The notes under the pieces are model-generated. The model had not been told where the DNA came from. It saw only the letters and a program-made list of their open reading frames with translations, and made no database searches. A stretch of 64,000 nucleotides of DNA. It comes from an uncultured Sulfurimonas sp. Lineage in GTDB: Bacteria > Campylobacterota > Campylobacteria > Campylobacterales > Sulfurimonadaceae. Positions 61,333-64,000 of this stretch are shown piece after piece; position 1 is the stretch's first letter; each line of letters begins with the position of its first letter. The position numbers and the translations under genes were made by a program. The stretch is taken from NCBI GenBank assembly GCA_964642985.1, contig CAZXSD010000002.1, positions 3,117 through 67,116 on the forward strand, written 5' to 3'.

Positions 61333-62937
61333 ATGGTATCAGTAAACAATTTAATAATGAGATATGGAAATAGAGTTCTATTTCAAGATATAAACCTAAA
61401 GTTAGACCGTCATAAACGTTACGGTCTTATCGGCGCAAATGGTGCTGGTAAAACTACTTTTTTAAATATATTAAGTGGTCAGATAGATGAGTATGAAGGT
61501 GACATTAGTGTTGCAAATGGTCTTAAAGTTGGTGTTCTTGGTCAAAATCAATTTGCATTTGAAAATTACACAATTTTAGATGCTGTTCTTTATGGTAATA
61601 AACGTCTTTATGATGCTATTAAAGAGAAAGAAGAGTTATATGTAACGGGTGATTTTGAAGATGATGCTACAAACAATCGTTTAGCTGATTTAGAGGTTAT
61701 CTGTGTTGAGGAAGACCCTACCTATGAGTATGATGTAAATATTGGTAAAATTCTTGCTAACGTTGGTATTCCTGTTGAAGACCATAACAACCTTATGAGT
61801 ACACTTGATAGTGCTGATAAATTCAAGGTTTTACTTGCACAAGTTCTTTATCCTAAACCAGACGTTTTATTCCTTGATGAGCCTACGAATAATCAAGATA
61901 TTGAAACTATCTCTTGGTTAGAAAATCAGCTTAAACGTCACGAGGGTACTTTAGTTGTTATCTCTCACGATAGACATTTCCTAAACTCTGTTGTTACAAA
62001 TATCTTAGATGTTGATTATCAAAAAATTCGTGAGTTTACAGGTACTTATGATGATTGGTATATCGCTGCAAATGTTCTTGCGAAACAACTTGAACTTGAT
62101 AATGCTAAAATGGCAAAAGAGAAAGATGAACTTGAAGCTTTCGTAAGACGTTTCTCTGCAAATGCTTCAAAAGCAAAACAAGCAACTTCTCGTCAAAGAA
62201 AACTTGATAAAATGGAACTTGCAGATATTAAACCATCTTCACGCCGTGACCCATCAATAGTTTTTAAAGCCAAACGTACAATGGGGGGAGAAGCTCTTGA
62301 CCTTAAAAATATATCTCACTCTTACGGAGATAATGAAGTTCTTAAAGATATTACACTTAAATTTGAACCAGGTGAAAAAGTTGCACTTATTGGTCCAAAT
62401 GGTATTGGTAAATCAACACTTCTTAAAATTATAATGGAAGAGATGAAGCCTGATGCTGGAGAAGTTAATTGGGGTGCTACTATTGAAAACTCTTATTTTC
62501 CACAAGATACTGCTGATATTATTGAGGGTGAAGGTACTCTTTATGATTGGTTACGTGCATTTGACCCTAAGCGTGATATCGGAGAGATAAGAAACTGTCT
62601 TGGACGTATGCTATTTAATGGTGAACAGCAAGAAAAAGGTGTAGTAAGTATCTCTGGTGGTGAAAAACATCGTATGATGCTAAGTAAAATGATGCTTGAA
62701 GGTGGAAACTTTTTAGTTCTTGATGAACCATCAAATCACCTTGACCTTGAAGCGATTGTTGCACTTGGAGAGGGTCTTCTTGAGTTTAAAGGAAACGTTA
62801 TCTGTGTGTCACACGATAGAGAGTTACTTGACGCATTCGCTTCACGTATTATTGAGCTTCGTGCTGATGGTACACTTGTTGATTTTAAAGGCTCTTATGA
62901 AGAGTATGCAGAGTTAAAAGAAAAAGGTGAAATCTAG
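61333..62937 (+). CDS. ABC-F family ATPase (YbiT-like ribosome-associated factor)
   Basis: Two ABC domains (GANGAGKT, GPNGIGKS, LDEP), linker KAKQATSR, no TM segments. Confidence 0.92.
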   Translation: MVSVNNLIMRYGNRVLFQDINLKLDRHKRYGLIGANGAGKTTFLNILSGQIDEYEGDISVANGLKVGVLGQNQFAFENYTILDAVLYGNKRLYDAIKEKEELYVTGDFEDDATNNRLADLEVICVEEDPTYEYDVNIGKILANVGIPVEDHNNLMSTLDSADKFKVLLAQVLYPKPDVLFLDEPTNNQDIETISWLENQLKRHEGTLVVISHDRHFLNSVVTNILDVDYQKIREFTGTYDDWYIAANVLAKQLELDNAKMAKEKDELEAFVRRFSANASKAKQATSRQRKLDKMELADIKPSSRRDPSIVFKAKRTMGGEALDLKNISHSYGDNEVLKDITLKFEPGEKVALIGPNGIGKSTLLKIIMEEMKPDAGEVNWGATIENSYFPQDTADIIEGEGTLYDWLRAFDPKRDIGEIRNCLGRMLFNGEQQEKGVVSISGGEKHRMMLSKMMLEGGNFLVLDEPSNHLDLEAIVALGEGLLEFKGNVICVSHDRELLDAFASRIIELRADGTLVDFKGSYEEYAELKEKGEI

Positions 62938-63794
62938 TGGCTAAGTACAAGAAATTTCTTGGACTTGGTATCGCTGGAAACTTTGCTCTTCATCTAGCAC
63001 AAGCTGGAGAACTTGAGGAGTTCAAAGATATTATAACAGCAGAGGAAGCAGCACCAAAAGGTATGTTTCCTTTTTATCTTCCTATGCCAAGTAACTCTTT
63101 ACATACCGTTGATTTAAAAGCAAAAAAGATATTGAGTAGTTACCCTTTATCTTCAGATACTATTAGAGTTCCAAAAGAGAGTGTAAATATTCAAGCTGAA
63201 CCAGAAGTTGGTTTGATTTGTGACTTAGAATACAGAGCTGGAAAGTTATCTAAAATTACTCCTACTTACTTTGGAGCATATAATGATTGTTCTATAAGAG
63301 TAGCTGGTGCATCTAAAATAAGTGATAAGAAAAATTGGGGTGAAGACTCTAAAGGTTTTTCAAATGAGCTTATTAAGATAGACAAGTTTGAAGCTGGTAG
63401 TGTGATGGATAGTTACTCTATATGTAGTTTTCTTCGTCGTAATGGAGAGCTTACTGCTTATGGCGAAAATGTAGAGCTTACAGGGTATAGTTACTTTTAT
63501 GAGAAGTTAAATGATTGGATGTTAAATCAAATTACAAATCAAGAAGATTTTGGACCTTTAGAGCCTATTGAAGAGTATATTATCGCTTGTGAAAATCCTA
63601 AAGAAGCAATTATAAGTATCGGTGCTACACGTTATACTAAGTATGGAGAAACTACATTTTTAAAGAGTGGCGATGAGATTTTAATCGCTGTTTATGATAG
63701 AGATAGTTATTCACTTAATGATGTTATCTCAAATCTTACAGAGAAACATTATAAACACGAAAATATGAGTGTTTTAGCTCAAAAAGTTATCTAA
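62937..63794 (+). CDS. Conserved hypothetical protein (DUF5718-like)
   Basis: GLGIAGNFALHL, PKGMFPFY, QAEPE, AYNDCSIR, SDKKNWG, IGATRYT; family recognised from memory. Confidence 0.65.
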   Translation: MAKYKKFLGLGIAGNFALHLAQAGELEEFKDIITAEEAAPKGMFPFYLPMPSNSLHTVDLKAKKILSSYPLSSDTIRVPKESVNIQAEPEVGLICDLEYRAGKLSKITPTYFGAYNDCSIRVAGASKISDKKNWGEDSKGFSNELIKIDKFEAGSVMDSYSICSFLRRNGELTAYGENVELTGYSYFYEKLNDWMLNQITNQEDFGPLEPIEEYIIACENPKEAIISIGATRYTKYGETTFLKSGDEILIAVYDRDSYSLNDVISNLTEKHYKHENMSVLAQKVI

Positions 63795-63795
63795 T

Positions 63796-64000
63796 TTGAG
63801 TAGAGGTAAAAAACTAAACATTTTTATCGGTGCAGATATTGACGATAGCTGGTCACAAGTTCAAACCCCCTCAAAACCTAAAATCTCAAATGAGATTTTA
63901 GAACCCTCCAAACATTTTTTAGTTTTTAAAAGAGAGAAAAGACGTGGAAAAGTGGTTACTCTTGTTGGGGCTTTTCAGCTTTCTAAGGAAGATGCTACGG
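63796..64000 (+). CDS. SUI1/YciH-family translation factor, truncated by the window end
   Basis: Translated by hand from TTG 63796: MSRGKKLNIFIGADIDDSW...LVFKREKRRGKVVTLVGAF, matching the SUI1 R-G-K-x-V-T pattern. Confidence 0.7.
   Translation, partial: MSRGKKLNIFIGADIDDSWSQVQTPSKPKISNEILEPSKHFLVFKREKRRGKVVTLVGAFQLSKEDAT

Noticed and set aside
1-64000. CRISPR arrays, tRNA/rRNA genes, IS elements, prophage
   Set aside because: Intergenic spaces are short, and I saw no repeat-spacer pattern, cloverleaf, transposase or integrase.

Overview
AT-rich chromosome segment from a Campylobacterota (epsilonproteobacterial) bacterium, probably Sulfurimonas-like, inferred from hobA, extended folP, a MutS7-type gene and Campylobacterota-style gene orders. 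Most of the window is housekeeping: mutS-folP-holB-hobA-lysC-rppH; argJ, K+ channel, rpmB, rpe, trpF, accA-fabF-acpP-fabG, dxs, fliHGF, hisC-pheA-lysA, pth-rplY, pilT, tal, pabB, pyrB, trpA and an ABC-F gene. The accessory part is a ~22 kb glycan locus (9.1-31.0 kb). In it pglB/C/E/F are joined to an O-antigen-like block (wzx, diNAc-uronic acid pathway, nonulosonate synthase, NeuA-PseG-like fusion, pyruvyl transferase), with no pglD/pglK/wzy/waaL visible and a signal-peptide DNA ligase embedded. The top candidate is a compact Abi-like HEPN gene just upstream of pglB, back-to-back with a ~60-nt GC-rich hairpin on the opposite strand that has its own TATAAT box and U-tract: a candidate RNA-antitoxin/HEPN-toxin module. 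Also notable are an OvoA with an eroded methyltransferase domain and an HDOD + STAS-STAS-CheX pair. No tRNA, rRNA, CRISPR array or transposase was recognised. All product calls rest on motif recognition by eye, with no database search.
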